64,000 nucleotides of DNA from Laetmonice hystrix (GCA_965235115.1 OZ249436.1:48548001-48612000), one strand, 5' to 3'. Counted from the stretch's first letter, positions 52,762 through 64,000 are shown. Notes: generated by a model from the sequence alone, not told the origin. Made by a program: numbers and translations.

Positions 52762-53814
52762 TAAGGACGGTGGCTGTTTGTGTCTCAAATGTAACAAAGA
52801 AACTGTCTTTAAAAAATGGGTGTCTGGTACTTTGAACACTCAGGTCTTCAACCTTTCCTTTTTTCCTTCTGTATAGGTAGCCAGATTTTTGTTCACTTTC
52901 TGTATAACAGATAATTATATCATGAAACCCGGTATATACTTTTCAAGAATATAACAATCATAAAGAAAATACACCACAACATCAGGCGCCATCCAAGTTA
53001 GTCCAACCCGTCATGTTGATAGTGCCACCTAGTGGCAAAGTAAATGACTAATATGGGTTTGACAAAATGACTAATCTTGTTTTATATATTCGTCAAAACT
53101 GACTGACTAATCATATATTCGTCAAAATGACGAAGCAGGGTTTTTTCAGTGAACCATAGCACCGTGGCACCAATATATGTGTTGTTCACCTGATCTATAT
53201 TTTAACATATTAAATTTCAGAAATAATGTTCCATGACTGATTATTGCCACTCTACCGCAACCAAATCCTAGATCCATTACTTCTATATATTATACACGTA
53301 TATGGTGAAGTAGTTCCGATTACACAGAATGGACATAATTTTCATACAGCCAAGATGGTCCGCTCGAGAAGGAAGATTGTCGGCTTTAACACTATGTTAA
53401 ACCAACCATGAACTGCCCTTACAATCTTTGATATTTAGGTCGCACCTTCATCCGAGTGAGACGGCCTAGTTGGAGAGCACGCCAGAAGTTTAGGCCTGTA
53501 TGTCGAGACGACAAGAGGGCGGGCACGGCGTTGGCAAATATTAATAAGACGATCGCTAAGATTTGATTAAGTTCCAAACAGTGGTTAATTATTGTTTGCA
53601 TGTGAATAGGACTGACACCGTATACCCGTGTAGCAGCATAACTGCAGTCAGCAAATAGGTAAGAATTTTACAGGTCTACAACAGGTTAATGCCTTCCCGA
53701 TCGTATAATGAGGAGCGGAAAACGGAACCACTGAAGAAAGACTAGTATGCGCTACGTTTTGTTCCTATACGGAGGGCCAATTTACAATGGCACCTATTCC
53801 TATATATCTCCGGC

Positions 53815-53978
53815 CAGGGCTGCATGTGTGAAAGGTTTGTCAGTCAGTTCCTTCCCGAAGGTCGGTGGTTTCCTCCGGGCACTCCGGTTTCCTCCACCAA
53901 GAAAAACTGACTTTCATCATCATCTTCACCGCCGTGATATGACCCTGGCTGTTGCAAGGCGTAAAACCCCAAATACCC
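53815..53978 (+). mobile_element. 5'-truncated SINE with V-domain-like core
   Basis: GGTTTCCTCCGGGCACTCCGGTTTCCTCCACC matches the V-SINE central motif; 3' tail ggcgtaaaaccccaaa. Confidence 0.65.
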
Positions 53979-54646
53979 ACCCACCCACCTATATATCTCA
54001 TGTTTTACAGATGGCAGCCCATTATGTGAAATTTAAATATACGTGAGCAGTAGCGGATTGTGGAGGGGCGGGGGGTTACTGCCGTTGCAACCCCCTCCTC
54101 GTTACGAAATATTTTTTTTTTTCTGCTTGAAAGGTTCAAACCAAACATACACAACCCCCGGCACCCTTAGCCCCCATCTTGGTACCCCCCCCCCCGTTGG
54201 TGCCAACCTGAATCCGCCCCTGATCAGTATATAACCTTGACGGAATAGATCTATTATATTCCTCCAAGGTAACGGATCAGTATAACCTTGACGGAATAGA
54301 TCTATTATTCCTCCAAGGTATAGGTCGAGGGGATTGTAGTTGATACGGTAAACGCGGACATGCACAGTAGTGGGGCAGGAGGTGGTAGGCTAATTTGCCC
54401 ACATGGCTGCAGCGGGTATACACAGAATTGGGGGGGGGGGTATGATTAAGTATCCAAAATAGCAATCTCCCATGGACGGAGGATGAAGGGGGGGGGGGGG
54501 CTGTTCACGCTTCACGTAAAAATAAGTCTGCTCATTCATAGTCAAAGAATATCATTTTGCCCTTTCACATGTCACATAATATTGGTCACGCATTACGTAC
54601 AATACTCAAGCACACTCAGCTTCCCCGCTCACACAGTATATTTATC

Positions 54647-55180
54647 TGTGAATATGTTTCCTGTAGTTAGCTTATGATTGTCATATTGTGAGTATGTTTC
54701 CTGTAGTTAGCTTATGATTGTCATATTGTGATTATGTTTCCTGTAGTTAGCTTATGATTGTCATATTGTGAGTATGTTTCCTGTAGTTAGCTTATGATTG
54801 TCATATTGTGAGTATGTTTCCTGTAGTTAGCTTATGATTGTCATATTGTGAGTATGTTTCCTGTAGTTAGCTTATGATTGTCATATTGTGAGTATGTTTC
54901 CTGTAGTTAGCTTATGATTGTCATATTGTGAGTATGTTTCCTGTAGTTAGCTTATGATTGTCATATTGTGAGTATGTTTCCTGTAGTTAGCTTATGATTG
55001 TCATATTGTGATTATGTTTCCTGTAGTTAGCTTATGATTGTCATATTGTGAGTATGTTTCCTGTAGTTAGCTTATGATTGTCATATTGTGAGTATGTTTC
55101 CTGTAGTTAGCTTATGATTGTCATATTGTGATTATGTTTCCTGTAGTTAGCTTATGATTGTCATATTGTGATTATGCTTC
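54647..55180. repeat. 40-bp minisatellite, ~13 near-identical copies
   Basis: Unit tgtga(g/t)tatgtttcctgtagttagcttatgattgtcatat. Confidence 0.95.
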
Positions 55181-55817
55181 CTTTCGTTGATTCATTGCGA
55201 AGGAATTAAGTCACGACCATCGTGAGCCAGACTATATAGGCGGACGTAAGTGTAGGCCTATACCTCACGAGAAATAGAATGCACGTTTCATCCCACTGCA
55301 TTTTCAAATTGCTGCCTTTAAAAGATACTGATTATTATTTTTGTTTTTCGTTTTCAAAAAATGTTCTTTAAAATCTTCTCCATATGATTATATTATTTAT
55401 TTCTAAACAAGAATTTGTTCCTTAATCACGCATGATATATGCTAGGTTTTCCTCTCTTACTATACACAAAGGAAACCGTACACCGATAAAACAGATATTA
55501 GAAATGGGGGGGGGACGGCAATACGGAAGATTCTTGTTTTTTTTTATATTGTCTCCTTAGATCAGATTGAAGGTCAGATTTAAATTGTATCCTTATGTCA
55601 GAGATTTTACTGAGAGGTACATGTATGTGAGCACGTCGTGAATTAATTATATATTTTATATATTTTATATATAAAAGATATACATCAGATCCATTCTTAA
55701 AGTTCAGTTGTTCCATTGAATTTCACTGAAAACATTTTGTCAACTTTTGTTATTGACATTTTATACCTGCTTTCTTCAATCTTTTTGGCCTTTTCGGTTG
55801 TTCTTTCTTCTCTTCTA

Positions 55818-56710
55818 GTCAAACTTGCAGTTTTTCCGGCCGTCGCCGTCCAGTATATAGGTGTCCTCTTTCTTCCCTTCCAGTCTGACTTGCAGTTTTT
55901 CCCGCCTTCCATGTATATAGGTGTCCTCTTTCTTCCCTTCCAGTCTGACTTGCAGTTTTTCCCGCCGTCGCCGTCCAGTATATAGGTGTCCTCTTTCTTC
56001 CCTTCCAGTCTGACTTGCAGTTTTTCCCGCCTTCCATGTATATAGGTGTCCTCTTTCTTCCCTTACAGACCGACTTGCAGTTTTTCCCGCCGTTCAGTCT
56101 ATAGCTAGGTGTCCTCTTTCTTCCCTTCCAGTCTGACTTGCAGTTTTTCCCGCCGTCCAGTATTATAGGTGTCCTCTTTCTTCCCTTCCAGTCTGACTTG
56201 CAGTTTCTCCTGCCGTCCAGTATTATAGGTCCTCTTTCTTCCCTTCCAGTCTGACTTGCAGTTTTTCCCGCCGTCCAGTATTATAGGTGTCCTCTTTCTT
56301 CCCTTCCAGTCCGACTTGCAGTTTTTCCCGCCGTTCAGTCTGTAGCTATAGGTGTCCCCTTCCTTCCCTTCCAGTCTGACTTGCAGTTTTTCCCGCCGTC
56401 CAGTATAGCTAGGTGTCCCCTTTCTTCCCTTCCAGTCTGACTTGCTGTTTTTCCCGCTATCCAGTATAGCTAGGTGTCCTCTTTCTTCCCTTCCAGACCG
56501 ACTTGCAGTTTTCCCCCACCTTCCAGTCTAGCTATAGGTAGCTAGGTGTTCTCTTTCTTCCCTGATAGTCCGACTTGCAGTTTTTTCCCACCGTCGCCGT
56601 CCAGCCTAGCCAGGTGTCCTCTTTCTTCTCTTGTAGTCAGACTTGCAGTTTTCCCCGCCGTCCAGTCTAGCTAGGTTTCTAATTCTTCCCTCGAAGTCCG
56701 AGTTGCAGTA
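55818..56710. repeat. ~57-63-bp pyrimidine-rich minisatellite, ~15 copies, ending ~90 bp before the kinase ATG
   Basis: Unit gacttgcagtttttcccgccgtccagtatataggtgtcctctttcttcccttccagtct. Confidence 0.95.
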
Positions 56711-56801
56711 TTAGTTTAAATGTCCTCTTTATTTCTTCCTTGCAGCCTTTTTATCACTATTATATATAGTATCGCCAGCATCCCTCACTCCCGCCACAGC
56801 C

Positions 56802-56952
56802 ATGTTGCCAGGGGCCGAGGCCAGTCTCGCCGTGGACGCACTCGTCATCAGTACAATCGCCGTGGTCGCCGGGGCCGTCTTGCTTGTCGCCTGCTGTGCG
56901 GGTGGCGACAAGGATTCCCAGCCTGCCGCCAGGCCTACACAACCGGCAGCCG
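56802..56952 (+). CDS. MET/RON/TAM-like tyrosine kinase, exon 1 (N-terminal membrane segment)
   Basis: cagccATG; MLPGAEASLAVDALVISTIAVVAGAVLLVACCAGGDKDSQPAARPTQPAA-g|gtaagc; phase 1 fits the next exon. Confidence 0.7.
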
Positions 56953-57469
56953 GTAAGCATACACTAAGGCGGCACTTGCCCTGAGTTATCAACCGGAATC
57001 GAGTGATGATCTGATCGGGTCTGCCGGCGCCCATTCCCTGATGGAGACATATTCCCAGGACAGGGGTAGATTTTAAGGTTAGAAGCAAGGCTAGGATGAC
57101 GGATAAGTTTCCCGGGAGGTGTTTGGACCAAGGTTAGGGGCTAGGGTTAGGTGATCGGGGGGGGGGGGGGGGGCAGGTGTGTGTGATCTTTCCCCCCGGA
57201 TCGAGGTTTTTCACCTTTTAGGCCACCAGTAAAAGGGGGCTGCCCCCACAACAACCTTTTTTATTATCGTTGATATCAGACGTTAAAGGTCCTTCCGATA
57301 ATTTGTAAAGCCTGACCACCCCTTCCTGTAGGTTATAGATATGTAGGCTATCCTATAGGCCCTATAGGCTACAGATCTTAAATAACTATACATGGCTCAA
57401 TGTAGCTCAAAGCTGCTTCGAAAAATTAAAACTCTTTTGGGGAGAAAATCTGTTTCTATTTAGGCCAAA

Positions 57470-57642
57470 AACTGTATCCTCACTGGACGCGTGCGACGCG
57501 AGCGACGCGCGCGTGGAGTCATCTGCACTGGACGCGCGCGACGCGCGCGACATTTTTAGTGACGCGCTCCATTCATTTCCATTACTTCTTTTAAAAAACG
57601 CGCGCGTCGCTCGCGTCGCACGCGTCCAGTGAGGATACAGCT
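57470..57642. mobile_element. Harbinger-like MITE with ~43-bp TIRs
   Basis: ctgtatcctcactggacgcgtgcgacgcgagcgacgcgcgcgt ... acgcgcgcgtcgctcgcgtcgcacgcgtccagtgaggatacag. Confidence 0.8.
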
Positions 57643-57660
57643 TAACACAAATTTGTCCTT

Positions 57661-57798
57661 GGCCCGGTTCCTAAAATCTTAAGATCTTTTTTTTAAGTTT
57701 AGCATTAACGCTTCTGATTGGTTGGTCTAAGCAGACCAACCAATCAGAAGCGTTAAGCCTAATTTGAAGTAAGATCTTAAGGTTTATGGAACCGGGCC
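57661..57798. mobile_element. Palindromic MITE
   Basis: ggcccggttcc..ttaacgcttctgattggttggtct|aagc|agaccaaccaatcagaagcgttaa..ggaaccgggcc. Confidence 0.75.
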
Positions 57799-57838
57799 CT
57801 GGTCCCTGTGCAAAAGTAAAACGACTTTTCCATTTCAG

Positions 57839-58213
57839 CCAGAGGGCAGGCATCACATGAACAACAAGGCGCAAACAAGCAGACCAAGCCTGCGGCCAGC
57901 GCACAAGTCAAGACTCCAGCACCACCCAAGGCTGCGCCTAACTATGATAGAGACAAACCTACGGTGAGCGTCCCCGCTAAATCTAAAGTCTCGGAACCAG
58001 GGTACCTCAACACGCCCGTTCCCATCGTGCCCAACAGACCGGATGCTCTTCAAGCCCCTCGCTATTTTAACGTACACGCGGGGGAACGGCAGCTCGCCGC
58101 TCGCAAACCAGTCAGGTTCAGTGTCAAGGAGGCCATCGGCAACTTGAAGCGGGACCTGCAAAAACGGAAAATCACCCCAGACCGTTTGACCCTCGAGGAG
58201 GTGGTCGGGAAGG
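57839..58213 (+). CDS. Tyrosine kinase exon 2 (Pro/Ala/Lys-rich juxtamembrane region to Gly-loop start)
   Basis: ttcag|cc ARGQASHEQQ...PGYLNTP...RYFNV...ITPDRLTLEEVVGK-g|gtaagg. Confidence 0.85.
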
Positions 58214-58660
58214 GTAAGGCTGATCCCTACCTCTGCTAACCTTCTGATCGGTTTATTACTTAGTAAATGAAAAATAGATGAAAAAAGAACAATATTTCAA
58301 ACATCCACATCCGTAACAATATAAATTTAAAAGTTCTTTTGAAAAACGAAAGAGTGGTGTCGGAACCGGAGGGGCACAGGGGTCAAGGTCTCCCACCGAA
58401 GAAAGTGGGGGGGGACTATGTTTTATCCCCCTCCCCCCCCCCCCCCCCCCGCCTACGGTTCATGCCTCAGTGGACGAGAGGGTTGAGTTCTGTCCATTTT
58501 ACCGCTTCCACGCACACAACATAAAATGCTAGTCTTGGAATAGGGCCTAGTTGCCCCATCCCCCTAAAAATTTGCTTCCGGCACCACTGAGAAACCGTGT
58601 ATAGATCTAGCAACCCTTTGTTTTTCTTTGCTTTAAGCATTTATGATATCATTTTAACAG

Positions 58661-58744
58661 GAGAGTTCGGACTTGTATACAAAGGCAAGTTAAAAGGCAC
58701 AGACATGACGAATCCAACAGAGGTTGCCGTAAAAACGGTACATG
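58661..58744 (+). CDS. Tyrosine kinase exon 3 (Gly-loop, VAVK)
   Basis: aacag|(G)EFGLVYKGKLKGTDMTNPTEVAVKTVH-g|gtaggt. Confidence 0.95.
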
Positions 58745-58757
58745 GTAGGTACAATAG

Positions 58758-58965
58758 GCTATAGATTCAGTGCTGGGGCCCTCCGTTCTATATAGACTCA
58801 GTGCTGGGGCCTTCCGCTCTAGAGACTCAGAGCTGGGGCCCTTTGTCCTATATAGACTCAGTGCTGAGGCCCTTTGTCCTATATAGACTCAGTGTTGGGG
58901 CCCTTTGTCATAGACTCAGTGCTGGGGCCTCCGTTCTATAGACTCAATGCTGGAGCCCTTCGTTT
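58758..58965. repeat. ~30-34-bp intronic minisatellite, ~6 copies
   Basis: Unit tatagactcagtgctggggccctttgtccta. Confidence 0.85.
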
Positions 58966-59178
58966 TATATGTAATTATTGTTAAAGACCACTTACCAACT
59001 GGTCCTACTTGAACATTTTCAACGTTATTATGTGAAGGCCCTGATACACTGAGGCGATTGTCCATGCGATTTTGATGTCGCCCTAGTATTTTACTGTGAT
59101 TTTGAGATTAAAGGATACAACCTTATAAGTTTTGAGGAACCGGACAATGGTGTGTGCACATGTCACTGTGACCCATAG

Positions 59179-59360
59179 GAGAGGACTGCAGCCCGGATGA
59201 CCTGAAGGCCTTCCTGGAGGAGGTGATGAGGATGACGGGGTTTTCACACCAGAATGTCCAGTCGACCATCGGTTTGGTGGTGAAGGACGAAATGCCATAC
59301 GCCGTCATGCCCTTCATGAAGAACGGCGACCTCCGGGCCTTCGTACTTTCACCCGACAGG
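59179..59360 (+). CDS. Tyrosine kinase exon 4 (alphaC helix to hinge)
   Basis: catag|(G)EDCSPDDLKAFLEEVMRMTGFSHQNVQSTIGLVVKDEMPYAVMPFMKNGDLRAFVLSPDR|gtaatt. Confidence 0.95.
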
Positions 59361-59852
59361 GTAATTACGGTGGCCCGTAAGGCACATGGATGGGTTATAT
59401 AGTTACAAGAGTTTCACGAAAGCCTTTTCGAGTTTTAAATTTTAAATGTCCATGTTTCCCTTTTCGTCCGTAGGTAAACCTAGAATAACGAGTGAAAAGG
59501 TAGCGTGGATAAGATGATGATAGAATATTACGATAGAAACATTGTATAAAAAGAAGAAATAACCCTTACTTCTATGAGATACTCAGCACTACTTTTCAAG
59601 AAAGAATCCTTCTAATTTTCTAAAAGAATTTTTCCAATTTAATAGAAATTTAATAGAAATTATTTTATTAGGGTAAGACGTTCGTTTAATTTTAACGGCC
59701 AATGTCAATTCTACGCTAACACAGATCTGAAGTGTCAAGACTTTCATTCGGAAAGAGTATAAACAAATCTTCATCGTCACGGACAGAACATTATTTTTTT
59801 TCATCGTTTTTATCACTTGATAGGATTTTCATATTTCAAATGTTACTTTCAG

Positions 59853-59962
59853 AACTTCCGGATTAAGAATCTCCTCGAGTTTGGCCTACAGGTGGCGCTC
59901 GGGATGGAATATTTGGCAAAGAAAAAGTTTGTCCACCGTGATCTTGCGGCCCGTAACTGTAT
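59853..59962 (+). CDS. Tyrosine kinase exon 5 (catalytic loop)
   Basis: ttcag|[38 protein letters not shown]|gtacgt. Confidence 0.97.
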
Positions 59963-60167
59963 GTACGTATCTATCAGAGAGTTCAATTACGTTTCTGCGG
60001 CGGGTAGACCTACTTTATCTGCGGATAGTCAAACCTATACACATCTGTGGACGATTACTTTTACGTATTTGTAGATTAACTTTACGTATGTGGACCGTGA
60101 ACTTTGCGCACCTGTAGATCGTTTATATATGCTGGAAAAAATCCATCAAAATTCTTTGATGCTGCAG

Positions 60168-60333
60168 GGTGGACGAGAACTTGCAGGTGAAGGTGGCGGA
60201 CTTCGGGCTTTCCCGGGATATCTTCGGCTCCGACTACTACCGAATGAAGAACACGAGCACGACGCCGCTTCCCGTTCGCTGGATGGCGCCGGAAAGTTTT
60301 GATGGCCGGATCTACACGACGCAAACTGACGTG
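60168..60333 (+). CDS. Tyrosine kinase exon 6 (DFG and activation loop)
   Basis: tgcag|(M)VDENLQVKVADFGLSRDIFGSDYYRMKNTSTTPLPVRWMAPESFDGRIYTTQTDV|gtaggc. Confidence 0.97.
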
Positions 60334-62973
60334 GTAGGCTACGTGTAGGCGGCAGGGTATAGGCAAGGGTGTAGCCAGGGGAGTTTTCGGGTTGCCCGGA
60401 CCCCCCCCCCCCCCAAACAAAAAAGAATTAATAGCTAATTAAAGGTAAACTCTATTGAATTCGGACGGCAGCGATGGCCCAATCGCCACGCACCCGTTCC
60501 AAAAATTGAACGCTCCGCTCCCCGAGCAAGCACAGGCCACAACAGAGCGAGCGACTGGGGGGCTCAATCTCCCATGAGACATTGCGCGTAGCTTATGTCC
60601 TTTTTACGCGCTGATTCCTCACATATCAAACTCTTTCTCCACCTTATGGGAATTCCTTGCTATACCCTATCTGAATAGAGGAAGGGCTAAGGATCGAGCC
60701 CAACAAATTTATTTACAATTCAGATATACCCCAAATACGGAAGGAACTATTAAAGGATAGTGGAACTATTTTTTGTGCGAAGTTATCCATTGTTTACGAG
60801 TGGTGTAATAGGGTGTTTACTCGGCACTCGGCTCACCCACGATTGACTCCGTCATATCTCGGCTGTACGACGAAGGTTCCCATGCTGGGGGGTGGGGTGG
60901 GTGGGTGGCTAGGTCGGGACCGCTGACCTGGATGTAAACAACAAACTCGCGCGCTGCCGCCGTGCCGAAAATGTAGAACTCCCTAGTGTCGGACTTTATA
61001 CAAAGTCAGAATATCTGGGTTTCCTCCCAGGTGAAGAAGAGACTGTTTTGTCTCCACGATAGAAAATTCGAGGTACAGGTATGCTGAGAAATTATATTTG
61101 AACTAGGCCTATGTGCCTGTGCGTAGGGGTCGACTATTTACTCTCTGTGTTCATGTGCGACCGCTTTACACTACTTTGCACGAAAAACGGGAAAATGGCC
61201 GCTTCATACATCCGAGGCCTGCTTCGCCTCCGGATATGACCTAGAAACAGCCAATTAGAAGCAGCGTCGGTGTTCCGAGTGGTTTACTCGGGTCACCAAA
61301 ACAACGGGTCCTTCCGACATTTCGCTATGTGACACAAAATCAATGCCTCAAACTTGCTGTATAGTCGTCAAGTCTACATATTATTTACTGAACGATGGTG
61401 GGTGTAATCTGCCGGGATTGTCTCGTCAGTTCATGAGTATTTAAATCAAGTGGTGGCAGAGATGTTATATCCAGACAGCAGTGACATCTTGCGGCGGAGA
61501 GTGTGTGTGTGTGGGGGGGGGGGGGGGGGGGGGGGGCTCGGGGCTTACCGCTGTACCGCATTCGGCCCACCTCGGGACTGTCCGGGCCAGATCCTCTCGG
61601 CCCTCGCACAGTCGTCACCCAATCGGAACGACCGAGCCATTTCCGGTTTACTTTCCTTTCGGGAACTGGACTCGGACAGTGAAAGCGCCATGTATCTTGC
61701 TTTGCTGACGTCGCCAAACTATTTTCAAAATGTAAACACAGACATGATTTTGTGTTCCGAGAATAGGAGGCGACACCGTGTATATATAGGCCTAATTAAG
61801 AATTCCAGTCAAATCGTCGTGACACGGTCGAACTGTCACACTGTGTAAGTCAAACCGCCACAGTCAGATCGTCACAGTCAGGCGAGTCCCCGGCGGTCAG
61901 ACCGTCACATCATCACTGCCATCATCCACAGGTGCTGTGGCCTCGAAGTCTCACCCTCAGTCCTCACTATAAAATACGATACATAATATGACTACCTACC
62001 GAAAGATTAGTTTATCCTGGCTACACTGGCCGTTTTAGCCGCAAATATTATGGACTGTCTACCGCCCCCTCCCCCTGCGCGGCCCACGCAGCACCCCGGC
62101 AGGATGGCCGATGCGATGGGGCCAGCCCGGCCGGTGTCGCGGTCTGCTTTCTCCGCGGTCTGAAATCTCCGGGAGGTGGGCTGCAGAGTCGTGTGTATTT
62201 GTATCGTTCTCGGTAACCTATCCGAAATATCGAGTCAGGATGGAGTCTCATGTAATAACCCTTTTCTCCTCCGTCAGTTTTGGTCCACAATTGGCCTATC
62301 CAGGCTGTCGTTTATTACTGTTTGGAAGAAAACTCTACCGCCCATCAGCTAGCAGACGACCGGAGGTGTGAGCCTAAACTGCGGCACGCGCGTGCTCACC
62401 CCCGTCTGGGTCGGCCTCTAAACAATAGGAAACCATGCACCCGGAGATTACAGACCGGCGGAGAAAACAGACCGCGACACCGGGCTGCTGCCACTGCCGT
62501 GTAACGTCCGACCCACGCCACACCGCCCGGGTTCCCAGTGCCTCACCTGCCATCACCATGCACCCGCCCCGTGAAAGACTTAGCATAAATACTGCAAAAC
62601 TGAATGTGTCGCGGCTGCTAAGAACGACCGAGACTGCATATCTTCGGAAATTATCCATCTTTCCCGATGAACAATGCCGCGTGGCCGAATACCGACGATC
62701 TATGAACTACTTTACGCCGTTGCGCACTACGCGAGTTGTGATGTGTCCAAACCCGTGGAATCACTGTCATATCTCTACCGCTTACGAGGTCCGAAACCAC
62801 AACCGGAAGTTGGGCCGAGGTTTTCCAAATGTGCTATACCGATGGGCTGCGACAGGTCGTGGGAACGGGGCGTTCAATTCCCAGAATCTCGTCCGTGACA
62901 TAATATGTTATAGGCCTAATCAAAATATCTTTTCTCCAAGGTCGGAGTGACGATGGTGTCCTTGTCGTTTCAG

Positions 62974-63110
62974 TGGTCATTCGGTGTCGTGTTGTGGGAA
63001 CTGCTCACCAGGGGAATGACACCCTATTACAACATGGCAAGTAAAGAGGCCATCGATTACGTCAAAGCGGGGAAACGGCTCGAAACTCCGGCAGGCTGCC
63101 CGTCTAAAAT
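62974..63110 (+). CDS. Tyrosine kinase exon 7
   Basis: ttcag|WSFGVVLWELLTRGMTPYYNMASKEAIDYVKAGKRLETPAGCPSK-at|gtaagc. Confidence 0.97.
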
Positions 63111-63341
63111 GTAAGCACTACGCAGGATGAAGCGAAAGTTTTGTCAAAAGTTATTTAAAATAGCCTACGTATTTTTATTCCCCTAATTGTGATGAAACAT
63201 TATCATCGCATTGAAATATTTAAAAAAAAGTAGCAGAATAACCCACGTTTGAAATTCACTATAGCACTAGTGATGCTTGAATTTTCCACTACGATGAGGG
63301 TCATCTTTAAAAGGGCTTTTCCTTTTCGTTTTCTTTTTCAG

Positions 63342-63447
63342 AAGCAACCTCATGTTAAGGTGCTGGGACATTGAGCCAAACAAACGGCCGGGATTCAATC
63401 AGTCTGTCATAATACTAAAGAACCTCCTTACTCCAAGCCAAAGTTAA
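63342..63447 (+). CDS. Tyrosine kinase exon 8 (last coding exon)
   Basis: ttttcag|(I)SNLMLRCWDIEPNKRPGFNQSVIILKNLLTPSQS*; the eight exons total 1311 nt = 436 aa plus stop. Confidence 0.9.
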
Positions 63448-63735
63448 ATTACGGAGACACTCATGTTTACTTTGGAAATAAGGCTTGAGTTGACCGTTAA
63501 TTAACCTGAGCACTGCGTTTATTAACGCCTCCTAGCGGGGAACACACCTGACGCAATACCACGTGATTATGACAAACTCCTAATGGTTTTCAGCGAGTGT
63601 GAACACACCTGAAGCTGGACGTCGCTGGAGCTTCAGGTGTGTTCCCCGCTTTACTACACCTCAAGTTTTAGGATGGCAGATCGATCTCTGTGACTTCATT
63701 TGACGTGAACGCCGTCTGCGCGCGCTGGTCAGTCG

Positions 63736-63814
63736 GGCGACGATTGGACTACGACGTCGACGATTGGACTACGACGTCGGCGATTGGACTACGACGTCGG
63801 CGATTGGACTACGA
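63736..63814. repeat. 21-bp tandem repeat, ~4 copies
   Basis: Unit cg(a/g)cgattggactacgacgt. Confidence 0.85.
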
Positions 63815-64000
63815 ACCAGATGATGGAGGGCTCAATGAAACCCAGGACTTTTTCCTGCGAAACTTGGTGGTTACTTCCAACTGATTCACACATGGAGAGA
63901 ATGAGAACTGACATACCCGTGCATCCTGGCTACATTATGCAGGTCGTATAGCCGTCCAAAGGAAGTATTTCTGTCTCGGAAAGCCAACATAATCCTTGGA

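Noticed and set aside
51870..52835. 229-aa and 165-aa ORFs as a transposase
   Set aside because: They lie in the repetitive GC-rich interior of an 805-bp MITE; no DDE motif.
61385..62950. GC-rich ORFs in kinase intron 6
   Set aside because: No recognisable domain; kinase exons 6 and 7 join perfectly without them.

Overview
Eukaryotic, intron-rich genomic DNA from an invertebrate, probably a lophotrochozoan (inferred from one N-terminal protein motif). Three host genes were reconstructed by eye with GT-AG boundaries and consistent phases. (1) The 3' half of a K+-dependent Na+/Ca2+ exchanger (NCKX/SLC24), + strand, 6 exons at 17612-30906; its 5' exons were not found in the window. (2) A minus-strand 4-exon gene (49818->47037, about 584 aa) joining a conserved-looking N-terminal domain (LCKTGL...VEGLLGITLD..VFLVSIKE) to a single atypical GATA zinc finger that the ORF track misses. 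(3) A + strand 8-exon MET/RON/TAM-like tyrosine kinase (56802-63447, 436 aa) with a membrane segment but apparently no ectodomain. Upstream of the first visible NCKX exon lie a ~6 kb DIRS-architecture element with intact ITRs and ICR but no visible RT or recombinase ORF (9580-15591), and a spliced antisense MULE/ZSWIM3-N-like remnant whose second exon sits between two ~1 kb inverted minisatellite arrays. There are many MITEs (TTAA, TAA and TA target duplications), a V-SINE fragment, about 10 tandem arrays, CTCF-like motifs and about 30 copies of the palindrome TAGGCCTA. No rRNA, convincing tRNA or CRISPR array was seen.
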